64,000 nucleotides of DNA from an uncultured Acidobacteriota bacterium (GCA_963815865.1 CAWFIK010000003.1:283771-347770); one strand, 5' to 3'. Shown: positions 8,381 through 17,781, counted from the stretch's first letter. Translations and numbers: made by a program. Notes: generated from the letters alone by a model not told the origin.

Positions 8381-8420
8381 TCGTTCCGAGTTCCGAGTTC
8401 CGAGTCCCGGGTCCCGACTA
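8341..8420. repeat. Two heptamer arrays: (GGGACGC/GGGACTC)x4 at 8341-8368, a 17-nt spacer, then (CCGAGTT/CCGAGTC/CCGGGTC)x5 at 8386-8420, ending 2 nt before ATG 8423
   Basis: Directly visible. The first array uses the same GGGACTC unit as 3211-3245, in the same orientation relative to the downstream gene. Confidence 0.95.
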
Positions 8421-8422
8421 GG

Positions 8423-9586
8423 ATGGGAAACGACCTCGTCAGCGCCTGCGTTTTCTGCGCGGGCCTGCTTCTGGGGCTCGAGCTGCCGCCCCCCCCGGGC
8501 TACCACGCCGAGGTCGGGTTCTCCTATGCGACCGCGGCCCGGCGCTATCGGACGCCGGACGGGCTCGACGATGTTTCGGACGTCACGCCCAAGTTCGCCC
8601 TGGTCGGTTTCGGCTGGAATCGTCCGCCGGCCGCGGGACTGGGGGCCGGGACTCCCGAGGCGGAGTGGCGGGCGCGCGTCGCGCTCGGGCCCTCCCACGA
8701 CGAGCAGTCACAGGCCCCGCTGGCGATCACGAACACCAACGCGACCGGGACGGGGCGCTTCGAGAACTACGCGGTCGTTCTGCGTTACCCGTTCTCCTCG
8801 CGCGATTCCGTCGAGGTGGGTCTGACGCGGCGCTATCACTCCTCGACCGACGAGATCGACATCGGCCAGGAGCGCTTCGTGCTCTCCGAAACGCGAGTGC
8901 TGGCGGCCGAGCGAGTGGACGCCGGGATCGGGTGGAGGCACCGCTGGCCCGGGTTCGAAGCCGCGCTGTCGGAGCGCTACGTCCGGCCCAACGGCAGCAA
9001 CGCGACGGCCGGCGCCTTCCACATCACCGAGGGGCACCTCTGGGGCGGGACGGCGGAGGCGCGGGCGCGTTGGAAGGGATGGACGTTTTCCGGCTCCGCC
9101 GAATACGCCAGCGGCTCGCTCTCCGTCCACGAGGAGAACCAGCCGAACTTCGCGCCGCGCAACTTCGACGCGAAGGCGACGCTCGAGACCTACCGGCTGG
9201 GAGTCGGTCTCCTCCTCGGAAAGAGGGACTTTTTCCTGCAGGCGGCCTACGATCGTTCCCGCCTTCCGTTCGTGTCCCTCGCGGTCCTCGGCAGCGAGAT
9301 CGCGGCGTTCGAGTCGGGCTACCACCCGGATGCCCGCGCGCGCGTCGTCCTCTGGGACCTGACGGCGCGGCACGAGTTCGCGCCCGGCTTCCGCTTCAAG
9401 CTGCTCCTGCGCACCTCCCGCGGGGACGAGACGCTGACTCTGACGGATGCCTCCGGCGTCCTCCCTTCGCGACAGCTCGACGTCAAGCGGTCGGGCGTTT
9501 TCGGCGCCGGCCTCTCCCGCGCCCTCGGCAGCCCGGAGGCGACCCTCGGCTTCGGAGTGGAGCTTTCGCTGCCCGTCGCGAAGTGA
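8423..9586 (+). CDS. Hypothetical secreted/outer-membrane beta-barrel-like protein
   Basis: The 387-aa product has an N-terminal hydrophobic segment MGNDLVSACVFCAGLLLGLELPPPPG. It has alternating amphipathic, Gly/Tyr/Arg-rich beta-strand-like composition, and strong third-position GC periodicity. Confidence 0.5.
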   Translation: MGNDLVSACVFCAGLLLGLELPPPPGYHAEVGFSYATAARRYRTPDGLDDVSDVTPKFALVGFGWNRPPAAGLGAGTPEAEWRARVALGPSHDEQSQAPLAITNTNATGTGRFENYAVVLRYPFSSRDSVEVGLTRRYHSSTDEIDIGQERFVLSETRVLAAERVDAGIGWRHRWPGFEAALSERYVRPNGSNATAGAFHITEGHLWGGTAEARARWKGWTFSGSAEYASGSLSVHEENQPNFAPRNFDAKATLETYRLGVGLLLGKRDFFLQAAYDRSRLPFVSLAVLGSEIAAFESGYHPDARARVVLWDLTARHEFAPGFRFKLLLRTSRGDETLTLTDASGVLPSRQLDVKRSGVFGAGLSRALGSPEATLGFGVELSLPVAK

Positions 9587-9620
9587 TGTCGGAGATAATC
9601 CGTCTGCAACGGTGAGCTGC

Positions 9621-11216
9621 GTGAGGCGGATCCTCTGCGTCTTTCCCCGCTACGCCCGGTCGTTCGGGACGCTGCACCACGCCTACCCGCTCCTGCCGCG
9701 CGTGCGCGCCTTCATGCCGCCGCAGGGGCTCCTCCTGATCGCGGCCGCGCTGCCGGCCGGCTGGGAGGTCCGCTTCGTGGACGAGAACATGTCGGCGGCG
9801 CGCACCGAGGACTTCGCCTGGGCGGACGCGGTCTTCGTGACCGGCATGCACGTGCAGCGCGACTGCATCAACGACGTCAACGAGCGGGCGCACGCCGCCG
9901 GCAAGGTCACGGCGCTCGGAGGCCCCTCCGTCTCCGCGTCTCCCGAGTGGTACCCGGAATTCGACATCCTCCACATCGGGGAGCTGGGCGACGCGACGCG
10001 CGCTCTCTACGCGCGCCTGGACGAGACCGTCGAGCGGCCACTCGAGCAGATCCGCTTCACTACCGCGGACCGGACGCCGCTGACGGACTTTCCGACGCCC
10101 GCCTATCACCTGATCGACATCAAGCACTACTTCCTGGCGAGCGTGCAGTTCTCGAGCGGCTGTCCCTACCGCTGCGAGTTCTGCGACATCCCGGAGCTCT
10201 ACGGCAGGAACCCCCGATTGAAGAGCCCCGAGCAGGTCTGCCGCGAGCTCGACGCGATCGTCGCCGCGGGCCCTCCCGGCGCGATCTACTTCGTGGATGA
10301 CAACTTCATCGGCAACCAGAAGGCCACGCTCGAATTGCTGCCGCACCTCGTCGAATGGCAGCGGCGCACCGGCTACCGCGTTCGCTTCGCCTGCGAGGCG
10401 ACGCTGAACATCGCGCAGAACCGGAAGGTCCTGGAGCTCATGAGGGAGGCGTTCTTTCACACGGTGTTCATCGGCATCGAGACGCCGGACCCGGAAGCAC
10501 TGCGCGGGATGGTGAAGGACCAGAACCTTCGCCTTCCGATCCTGGAGGCCGTCGAGATCCTGAACTCCTACGGAATGGAGGTCGTCTCCGGGATCATCCT
10601 GGGACTCGATCAGGACACCGAGCATACGGCCGACGACATCCTGGCCTTCATCGAGGCGTCGAAGATCCCGATGCTCACGATCAATCTCCTGTACGCGCTC
10701 CCCAGGACCCCGCTCTGGCGCCGGCTGGAGAAGGAGGGCCGGATCCTCTCGGACGGAACCGGCGGAGAGGAGTCCAACGTCCAGTTCCTTCTCCCGCGAG
10801 ACGTCGTGCGGAGCAGCTGGTTGAAGTGCGTGGCGGAATCGAACAAGCCGGAACCGCTCTACCGCCGCTTCCAGCACCAGATCGAGAAGACCTATCCCAA
10901 CCGTTTCAACCCCGGCGCGCTGAGGAAGGTCGAGAGGAGCGACGTGGCCAACGGCTTCAAGATCCTCGGCCGGATCCTCTGGCGCGTGGGCCTGCGCTCA
11001 GACTACCGGAACGTCTTCTGGCGCATGGCGCGTCCGGCTTTGAAGCGCGGCGACATCGAGGCAGTCATCCACGTCGGCCTCGTCGCCCATCACCTGATCC
11101 GGTTCGCCCGCGACTGCGAGGCCGGCGTCGGCGAGTACTCCTTCTACTCCGAGAAGGGCGCCGCCTCGCGCTCCGGCTCGGCCGCCGACGTCCAGCCCGT
11201 CGGTGCCACCGGATAG
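9621..11216 (+). CDS. hpnJ: Cobalamin-binding radical SAM protein, hopanoid biosynthesis-associated HpnJ family
   Basis: Translation (M)RRILCVFPRYARSFGTLHHAYPLLP...FVTGMHVQ (B12-binding N-domain) and FSSGCPYRCEFCDIPELYG (CxxxCxxC radical-SAM cluster). It lies in the hopanoid context. The start is GTG at 9612 or 9621. Confidence 0.8.
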   Translation: MRRILCVFPRYARSFGTLHHAYPLLPRVRAFMPPQGLLLIAAALPAGWEVRFVDENMSAARTEDFAWADAVFVTGMHVQRDCINDVNERAHAAGKVTALGGPSVSASPEWYPEFDILHIGELGDATRALYARLDETVERPLEQIRFTTADRTPLTDFPTPAYHLIDIKHYFLASVQFSSGCPYRCEFCDIPELYGRNPRLKSPEQVCRELDAIVAAGPPGAIYFVDDNFIGNQKATLELLPHLVEWQRRTGYRVRFACEATLNIAQNRKVLELMREAFFHTVFIGIETPDPEALRGMVKDQNLRLPILEAVEILNSYGMEVVSGIILGLDQDTEHTADDILAFIEASKIPMLTINLLYALPRTPLWRRLEKEGRILSDGTGGEESNVQFLLPRDVVRSSWLKCVAESNKPEPLYRRFQHQIEKTYPNRFNPGALRKVERSDVANGFKILGRILWRVGLRSDYRNVFWRMARPALKRGDIEAVIHVGLVAHHLIRFARDCEAGVGEYSFYSEKGAASRSGSAADVQPVGATG

Positions 11217-13051
11217 GCACGCGTCCCCCACCGGCCGTGCCGCCGCTCGGCCAGGACGCCCTGCCCCGCTTCGCACTCTCCGTGCGACAGCAGGCGGCTG
11301 CGTGGGCCCTCGAGGAGGACGGTCGCCCCGGGCAGCATCAGGTCCCGGCCGCCGATGACGAAGACGCGATCGGAGGATTCCCAGCTCTTCAGAAACGCGT
11401 CCGGCGTCAGGAACACCTCCGGGGCGTCGCCGCGCCGGTAGCCGAAGAGCAGCTCCGGCCCCGGGCCCCCGAGGACCTGCGTCGCGAGGCCCGTATAGAA
11501 CGTGATCCCGCATGCCTCCTCGTAGTCTTCCGCCACGACGAGGCGGGATCCGGGCGCCCAATCCCGGTCGACGATCGCGGCGGCCGCGCGCTGGGATCGG
11601 TCTTCCCCGACCAGCCGCATCCCTCCGTCCGCCAGGCCGAGGACGAGCACGGCGCCGCCGACCCAGAGCGCGAAGGCGCGGAGGACCCGGGCCCGCCGGA
11701 TTAACAGGAAAGACAGGCCCCCGAGGATGAGGAGGACGATTGGAAAGGGGCGGGCCATCCGGAGAAGCTCGGTCCCGAACACCATGGCGGCTCCCGGATG
11801 GGACGCGAAATACTCCCGGTAGTAGCCGTCGAGATTGGAAACCAGCTCCGTCAGGCCGGCCGGGCCCGCTCGGGCCGAGAAGAAGACGATCGGCGCGAGG
11901 GCGAGCCCGATCCCGCCCACGATCAGGCTCGGCGTGAGAAAGGCGGGCGCGCGTCGGCTGCCGGTCATGAACCGGCGCCAGCCGGAGCCCAGGATCACGG
12001 CCAGCGCCGGAAAGGCGGGGAGCGCGTAGTACTCCATCCGGGAGCCGGTCAGCGTGAAGAAGAGCACGATCCCGGCCACCCAGATCCACGCGAGCGCCAG
12101 TCTCCGGCTCCACCGTCGCCCGCGCCGGGGAAGAGCGCTCGGAAGAAACAGGAACCAGGGGAAGATCCAGAGGAGCGTCGCAATCCAGAAATCTCTGATC
12201 GACAGCGGCGTGAAGTTCACGGGGTACCGCTGCCCCAGGAATCGGGCGAACTGCTCGTGGCCGAAGTAGAACGGGAGAAAGGCCGGGTCCTTCCACGCCA
12301 GGAGGACGTGCCAGGGGAGGAAGACGATCCCGACGATCGCGGCGCCGAGCCACGGGCGGAGCCTCCGGACGAAGTCCCGGCCGCCCACGAACAGCGCGTA
12401 CGCGGCGGCCGTCGCGAACGGAAAGAGGAGCCCGATCAATCCCTTCGTCAGGCCCGCGAGCGAAGCTCCCAGGAAGAACATCACCGGGCCGGCGAGACTC
12501 TCCCGCCTTCGGAGGGCCTTCGCCAGGCCGAGCAGCGAGACGCTCAGCCAGAAGACGAGCAGAGTGTCGGTGAAGAGAAAGCGGCCGAACAGGAACGGCC
12601 CGAGAGACGTCGCGTAGATGAGCGCGGCCAGCGGAGCGGTCCCGCTCCCGACGAGCTCCAGCGCCAGGAGAAAGGTCACGACGACCGTCCCGACGTAGGC
12701 CACCGCGCTCGGGAGCCGGGAGGCGAACTCCGTGAATCCGAGGAGCCGATAGGAGGCCGCGACGCACCAGTAGGTCAGCGGCGGCTTCTCGTAGTAACGC
12801 GCGTGGTTGAAGTGAGGCTGGATCCAGTCGCCGCTCTCCAGCATCTCCCGCGCGACGAGCGCGTAGCGTGCCTCGGCCGGGCTGATCAGCGGGCGCGCGC
12901 CGAGGCCGGAGAAGGCGAGCACCGAGGCGAGAAGCCCGCACCCGGCGAGGGAGACGAAGAGCGTGGGCCGCCGTCCCCGGGACGGCCCGTCGCGCGGAGA
13001 GGAATCTGTGCGACCCTCTGAGACGAGGTGGTTGATGCCTAACGGTATCAC
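11144..13051 (-). CDS. GT-C family 39 glycosyltransferase (ArnT/PMT-like; polyprenyl-phosphate-sugar dependent)
   Basis: A 635-aa polytopic membrane protein, GTG start at 13051, with the diagnostic block ESGDWIQPHFNHARYYEKPPLTYW. The 3' end overlaps the hpnJ 3' end convergently by about 70 nt. Confidence 0.8.
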   Translation of the reverse strand: MIPLGINHLVSEGRTDSSPRDGPSRGRRPTLFVSLAGCGLLASVLAFSGLGARPLISPAEARYALVAREMLESGDWIQPHFNHARYYEKPPLTYWCVAASYRLLGFTEFASRLPSAVAYVGTVVVTFLLALELVGSGTAPLAALIYATSLGPFLFGRFLFTDTLLVFWLSVSLLGLAKALRRRESLAGPVMFFLGASLAGLTKGLIGLLFPFATAAAYALFVGGRDFVRRLRPWLGAAIVGIVFLPWHVLLAWKDPAFLPFYFGHEQFARFLGQRYPVNFTPLSIRDFWIATLLWIFPWFLFLPSALPRRGRRWSRRLALAWIWVAGIVLFFTLTGSRMEYYALPAFPALAVILGSGWRRFMTGSRRAPAFLTPSLIVGGIGLALAPIVFFSARAGPAGLTELVSNLDGYYREYFASHPGAAMVFGTELLRMARPFPIVLLILGGLSFLLIRRARVLRAFALWVGGAVLVLGLADGGMRLVGEDRSQRAAAAIVDRDWAPGSRLVVAEDYEEACGITFYTGLATQVLGGPGPELLFGYRRGDAPEVFLTPDAFLKSWESSDRVFVIGGRDLMLPGATVLLEGPRSRLLSHGECEAGQGVLAERRHGRWGTRAYPVAPTGWTSAAEPEREAAPFSE

Positions 13052-13101
13052 CCGCCCGCGGGGCGCAACAGGTCTGAAAACGAGTCTCGGCGTGGCCGCG
13101 C

Positions 13102-14102
13102 CCTAATGAAGCCAGCCGGGACCCGATGGCCGCGAACAAGCCCCCTTCGCCGCCGAGCGCTCGCATCCACGAGAGCTGTGCGAGGACCCCCTCGATCGCC
13201 CAGTCGTCTTCCGACTGCGCGAAGAGATGGTTCGATTCGCCGGCGAGGAGCGCGCTCGGAAACGCGCGCAGGTACTCGAGCCCGTTGTCGCGGAACCAGG
13301 CCTGCACTTGCGCGAGCGTGTGCCGATGCTCCTCGACGGGATGATATTGATCGCGCAGCCACGCCTCGCGGCGCTCCGGCTGCGCGCGGCGGTCGCGCAG
13401 GACGGGATCCCACGGGATCCACCGGAACCCGGTCAGGCGCGCGACGGCGCGCCGCAGGCGCAGCGGCAGGCGCGCGTAGGCGTTGTAGAGCCCGACGACG
13501 AGAACGCCGCCCGGACGTACGAGGCGCGCCACGGAGGCGAACGACGCCCTCGGATCGGGAGTGTGGTGCAGGACACCCGAGCAAATCACGACGTCGAACG
13601 CCTCGCGCGCGAACCCCGGCGACCGCAGGTCCGTCTCCACGAAGGCAACGCCGGCGAGTCCGTAGCGCCCGGCCGCCGCGCGCGCGAGCGCGAGCGAGGG
13701 GCGCGCCAGGTCGGCGCCGACGACGACGCGGTCCGCGCTCGCCAGAAACAGGCTCAACTGTCCCGTCCCGCACCCCAGCTCCAGCACGGCCGCGTCGCCG
13801 GGAATCGACTCGTCCAGCCGCCGCGCGAACTCGCTGCGGGCGGCGCGGGCACGCAGGGCCGCAAGGCTGTCGCGCGGCGGGTAGCCGGGAAATGGCGCCC
13901 GCGAGTAGAACGCGCGCACTCTCTCGGTACGTGGATCGGAAGGGAGTCTCAGATCGGGAATGCCGCCGGGCGCGGTGTACTGCTCCGCGCAGGCGGCGCA
14001 GCGAAGGCCCGCCGGGGGAAATGGGGGACCGCAAGGGCCCCCGCTTGAGACCAGTCCGCCGCCGCAGCGCGGGCAGGCGAGCAGGTCGTCAAAAGATGGC
14101 AT
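13102..14102 (-). CDS. Class I SAM-dependent methyltransferase with N-terminal Trm112-like zinc ribbon; no in-frame stop found
   Basis: Translation MPSFDDLLACPRCGGGL...LRCAACAEQY (Cys4 ribbon) then AAVLELGCGTGQLSLFLA...DVVICSGVLHHTPDP (SAM-binding motifs I and post-I). The frame runs on with no stop into Arg-rich non-protein-like sequence. A TAG lies in the +1 frame at 13102-13104 just before the GT39 start. The 3' end is therefore uncertain, and a frameshift is suspected. Confidence 0.65.
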
Positions 14103-14301
14103 AGACGAACGGCGCCAGCGCCTCGACCGCGGCCGCCAGCACGAGCACGAGCCCGGTCGCGCAGAGGAAGATCAGGAGTGGCACCAGCCACTTGCGTCCC
14201 GATTCGCTGCGCCACAGTCCCCGCGCCCCGTCGGCAATCGTGGGAAAGGCGCTTCCCAGAATGAGCATCGTGCGCGTGAGCTTTCCGCGGCGCTTGATCA
14301 T
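14089..14301 (-). CDS. Small 2-TM membrane protein of the kind often found downstream of NodU/CmcH carbamoyltransferases
   Basis: The 70-aa product is MIKRRGKLTRTMLILGSAFPTIADGARGLWRSESGRKWLVPLLIFLCATGLVLVLAAAVEALAPFVYAIF. ATG at 14299-14301 overlaps the carbamoyltransferase stop (ATGA). The stop overlaps the methyltransferase start. Confidence 0.55.
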   Translation of the reverse strand: MIKRRGKLTRTMLILGSAFPTIADGARGLWRSESGRKWLVPLLIFLCATGLVLVLAAAVEALAPFVYAIF

Positions 14302-16067
14302 GCGACGGCCTCCGGCGCGGCCTGCGCCACCCTCGGCTTGGCGACGACGGCCTCCCCCGCGACGAGGAGGTCGATTCCGGAGCGGCGGAAGGTCGAGTAG
14401 CCCTCGACGGCGCGGTTGACGATCGGCTCGCCGGCGAGGTTGAAGCTGGTGTTCAGGAGGACCGGGATGCCGGTCAGCGCTCCGTACGCCTCGAGGAGCG
14501 CATGGAAGCGCGGGGCCATCTGCGGGTCCACGGTCTGCACGCGCGCGGTCCCATCCACGTGCGTAACCGCCGCGAGGCGCTCGCGCCACTCGCGGCGCAC
14601 CGGGAAGACCCCCGACATGTAACGTCCAAGCCGCGCGCCGCCGGGCGGCAGCTCGAAGAACCGCTCCGCCTGCCCGAGCGGCACCGCGGGTGCGAACGGC
14701 CGGAACTCCTCGCGATACTTGATCGAGCGGTTCAGCCGGTCGCGCATCGCGGCGTCGTGGGGCGCGGCGAGGATGCTGCGATTGCCGAGCGCCCGCGGGC
14801 CGAGCTCCGCCGGGCCCTGCATCCAGCCGACGATGCGACCGCGCGCGAGCTCGCGGGCGATCCGATCGGTCAGCGCGGACTCGCGGGGCAGCTCTTCGAA
14901 GTCGAGCCCGTCCTCCCGCGCGACCCGGGAAAGCTCGCGCGCGTCGATCGGCGGTCCCCAGTACGGATGGTCCGGGACGGCGCGGTGCGGCCTGCGGAAA
15001 TGCAGGCGGTCCGCGACGAGCGCCGCTCCGAGCGCGCAGCCGGCGTCGCCCGGAGCGCTCGGCACGTAGACGTTGCGGAAACCCGACTCGCGCAGAATGC
15101 GCGCGTTGGCGCAGCCGTTCAGCGCGACGCCGCCCCCGAGGCAGAGGTCGTCGAGGCCGGTCTCCTGCCGGAGCGAGCGCGCCAGGTCCACGAGGATTTC
15201 CTCGAGCACCCGCTGGACGCTCGCCGCGATGTCCGCGTACCGCGCACCTTCGGGCGTCGCGAGGTCGATCGGCTCCAGCGGATCGCGCGGCGGCCCCAGC
15301 TCTTCCACGAAGCGGTCGGAGAAACTCCGCCGCGCTCCTTCGTGGTATTCGAAATACGACAGGTCGAGCGCGATCGCGCCATCGGCTGTGTGCCGCACCA
15401 TCTTGCGCACCTGCGGCTCGAAGGCCGGCTTGCCGTAGGAGGCGAGCCCCATCACCTTGTACTCGCCTTCGTTGACCGGGAAGCCGAGATAGGCCGTGAA
15501 GGTCGAGTAGAGCATTCCGAGCGAATGCGGGAAGCGCAGCTCGCGAAGGAGCTCGAGCGTGATGGCGCCGTCGTCGGCGATCGCGCCGCGGCCGAGCGAG
15601 AGCGTCGCCCACTCGCCGACGCCGTCGGCGGTCAGGATCGCGGCCCGGCGCGTCGGCGCGGTCAGGAACGCCGCGGCCGCGTGCGACTGGTGGTGCTCGG
15701 CGAAGAGGATGCGCTTGCCCGGCACCCCGAGCTGCGAGGAGATGATTCCCTTGACCCAGAGCTTGCCGCCGAGGGCGTTCTTCATCGCGCGCGGAAAGCT
15801 CGGCCAGGAGCGCGGAAAACCGCGCAGCGCCATCGTCAGGATCCGCTCGAATTTGAGCATCGGCTTCTCGTAGAAGACAACCGCGTCCAGGTCCTCGGGC
15901 TCTAATCCGCCGCGCTCCAGGCACCATTCGATCGCCGCGAGCGGGAACGACGCGTCGTTCTTGCGCCGCGAGAGGCGTTCTTCCTGGACCGCGCAGACGG
16001 GAACGCCGTCGGCGAGGAGGGCCGCGGCCGAATCGTGGTAGTGCGCCGAAATGCCGAGGATTTTCAT
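14298..16067 (-). CDS. Carbamoyltransferase, NodU/CmcH/NovN family
   Basis: A 589-aa protein, MKILGISAHYHDSAAALLADGVPVCAVQEERLSRRKNDASFP...HHQSHAAAAF...LCLGGGVALNGCAN...THVDGTARVQTV, matching the YrdC/Kae1-like carbamoyltransferase architecture. ATG at 16065-16067 overlaps the upstream stop (TGATG). Confidence 0.9.
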   Translation of the reverse strand: MKILGISAHYHDSAAALLADGVPVCAVQEERLSRRKNDASFPLAAIEWCLERGGLEPEDLDAVVFYEKPMLKFERILTMALRGFPRSWPSFPRAMKNALGGKLWVKGIISSQLGVPGKRILFAEHHQSHAAAAFLTAPTRRAAILTADGVGEWATLSLGRGAIADDGAITLELLRELRFPHSLGMLYSTFTAYLGFPVNEGEYKVMGLASYGKPAFEPQVRKMVRHTADGAIALDLSYFEYHEGARRSFSDRFVEELGPPRDPLEPIDLATPEGARYADIAASVQRVLEEILVDLARSLRQETGLDDLCLGGGVALNGCANARILRESGFRNVYVPSAPGDAGCALGAALVADRLHFRRPHRAVPDHPYWGPPIDARELSRVAREDGLDFEELPRESALTDRIARELARGRIVGWMQGPAELGPRALGNRSILAAPHDAAMRDRLNRSIKYREEFRPFAPAVPLGQAERFFELPPGGARLGRYMSGVFPVRREWRERLAAVTHVDGTARVQTVDPQMAPRFHALLEAYGALTGIPVLLNTSFNLAGEPIVNRAVEGYSTFRRSGIDLLVAGEAVVAKPRVAQAAPEAVA

Positions 16068-16801
16068 CAGTACTGACTCTCCAGTTTCAAAACCGCGCGC
16101 GACGGGGCGAACCCCTCGGGCTCCCGCCGCGCCGCGCGCTTGGCGAGGAGGGAGAAGAGCGGCAGGATCACGAAATACTGGACGGCGAGCATCACCGTCC
16201 CGAGCAAGGCCGCTATCGCGGTGGCGATTCGGAGATATGCCTTCCAGAGCCGCCCGGCGCGCGCCTGCCACAGGCGCCATCCCTGTCGCCGCGGGGAGAG
16301 GCGGGCGAGCTGCTTGCGGGTGTAGGTCATGTGGAACACCTCGTCTTCGAGGATGCGGGCGAACATCGCGCGTGACGGCGGGTCGCAGGCGAGCACTCTT
16401 TCGTAAATGACGAAGCGGCCGGCCGCGGCTTTCTCGGACAGATGGAGAAACGCCAGGAGCGCTTCGTCTCCTCCCGACCCGACGTCGAGATCGTCGAGCC
16501 CGCGTTCTCCCGGCGCCAGCCAGTTCGCCTCGAACACCGCGCCGCTCGAGGAGTCGAGCAGCTCCCGCCCGCGCCGCTCGAAGAGAAACGCATGCCGCTG
16601 CTCGTCGTCGGCGTGCCGGAGATAGAGGCGGCGCAGCGTTGGATCGGACGTGAGCTCGGCCGCGCGGCTGATGTCGCGCGCGCCGTCGGCCTCCGTCGCG
16701 GAGAAGCTCAGCATCTTGCGCGCGCGCCGCTGGACGTCGCCCCACACCCAACGGTGCACCGGCGTGAGGAGCAGGTCCCAGGTCGACGGCGCGGCTCGCA
16801 T
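16067..16801 (-). CDS. Ferritin-like diiron-carboxylate protein with C-terminal transmembrane anchor
   Basis: Motifs LRHADDEQRHAF and ILEDEVFHMTY (ExxH x2), followed by hydrophobic LRIATAIAALLGTVMLAVQYFVILPLFSLLA. It is the first gene of the carbamoyltransferase operon. The start is M at 16801 or at the internal MLSFS near 16714. Confidence 0.6.
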   Translation of the reverse strand: MRAAPSTWDLLLTPVHRWVWGDVQRRARKMLSFSATEADGARDISRAAELTSDPTLRRLYLRHADDEQRHAFLFERRGRELLDSSSGAVFEANWLAPGERGLDDLDVGSGGDEALLAFLHLSEKAAAGRFVIYERVLACDPPSRAMFARILEDEVFHMTYTRKQLARLSPRRQGWRLWQARAGRLWKAYLRIATAIAALLGTVMLAVQYFVILPLFSLLAKRAARREPEGFAPSRAVLKLESQY

Positions 16802-16964
16802 GAATTCACGTTAGTCCCGCGTTCTCGCGAGCGTTTGGATTTATGGCAATTCTTAAAATCAACTCAGAGGCTAAACGTGAGAAATGTGCGAAAACTCTGC
16901 CAATCCTCGACGAGGAACGAGGTCGCTCGTTGGCGCGGTACGTTGTTTGCTCCTTTCCACGCCG

Positions 16965-17765
16965 ATGGGCAGGTGCTGTCTTCGGATTCTGTTGCTGGTT
17001 ATCGCCTCCGGCGTCATGGCGGCGGAGCCGGTGAGAGTGCGCCACACGGAGGGCGTGGTGCACGGTTTTCTGGCGCTGCGAACGCTCGAGGGGGAGACTC
17101 TGGCGGACGGCGATCTGATCCAGGCCTTCCGGGGGGGCCGCGTCACGAGCCGCCTCGTCTTTCACTTCAAAGACGGGTCGATCCACGACGAGACGGTCGT
17201 GTTCACCGAGCGGGGCCTCTTCCGGCTCGTCAGCGACCATCTCGTCCAGAAGGGACCGAGCTTTCCGCATCCGATCGATGTGACGATCGATGGAACCTCC
17301 GGGGATGTCCGTGTCGTTTATCAGGAGGACAATGAAGAAAAGAAACGATTGACGAAGCGGATGAAGCTGCCCGACGACGTCTCCAACGGACTGATGCTGA
17401 CGCTGCTCAAGAACATCGACTCCCGGTCGGCGATCACGAGAGTCTCGATGGTCGCCGCGACTCCCAAGCCGAGGCTCGTCAAGCTCGCCGTTTCACCGGA
17501 GGGGGAGGACCCATTCTCGACCGGAGGCTCCTCACGCAAGGCGATCCGGTACGTCGTCAAGGTCGAGATCGGCGGCATCGCCGGAGTGCTCGCTCCGATT
17601 GTCGGTAAGCAGCCTCCGGACACCCGTGTTTGGATCCTCACGGGCGAGGCCCCCGCCTTCGTCAAGTCGGAGGGGCCTCTCTTTTTCGGGGGGCCGGTCT
17701 GGCGGATCGAGCTGCTGAGCCCCATTTGGCCGCGGACTCCCTCGCCGTCCGCCACGCCCGGTTGA
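16965..17765 (+). CDS. Hypothetical secreted protein
   Basis: Signal-peptide-like N-terminus MGRCCLRILLLVIASGVMAAEP with good coding periodicity. I recognise no family. Confidence 0.5.
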   Translation: MGRCCLRILLLVIASGVMAAEPVRVRHTEGVVHGFLALRTLEGETLADGDLIQAFRGGRVTSRLVFHFKDGSIHDETVVFTERGLFRLVSDHLVQKGPSFPHPIDVTIDGTSGDVRVVYQEDNEEKKRLTKRMKLPDDVSNGLMLTLLKNIDSRSAITRVSMVAATPKPRLVKLAVSPEGEDPFSTGGSSRKAIRYVVKVEIGGIAGVLAPIVGKQPPDTRVWILTGEAPAFVKSEGPLFFGGPVWRIELLSPIWPRTPSPSATPG

Positions 17766-17781
17766 GGCGGAGCGTCCGCCC

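Noticed and set aside
13048-14034. 328-aa Arg-rich ORF on the minus strand
   Set aside because: It lies in an alternative frame to the methyltransferase gene, with over 25% Arg composition and no motifs. It is a shadow ORF.
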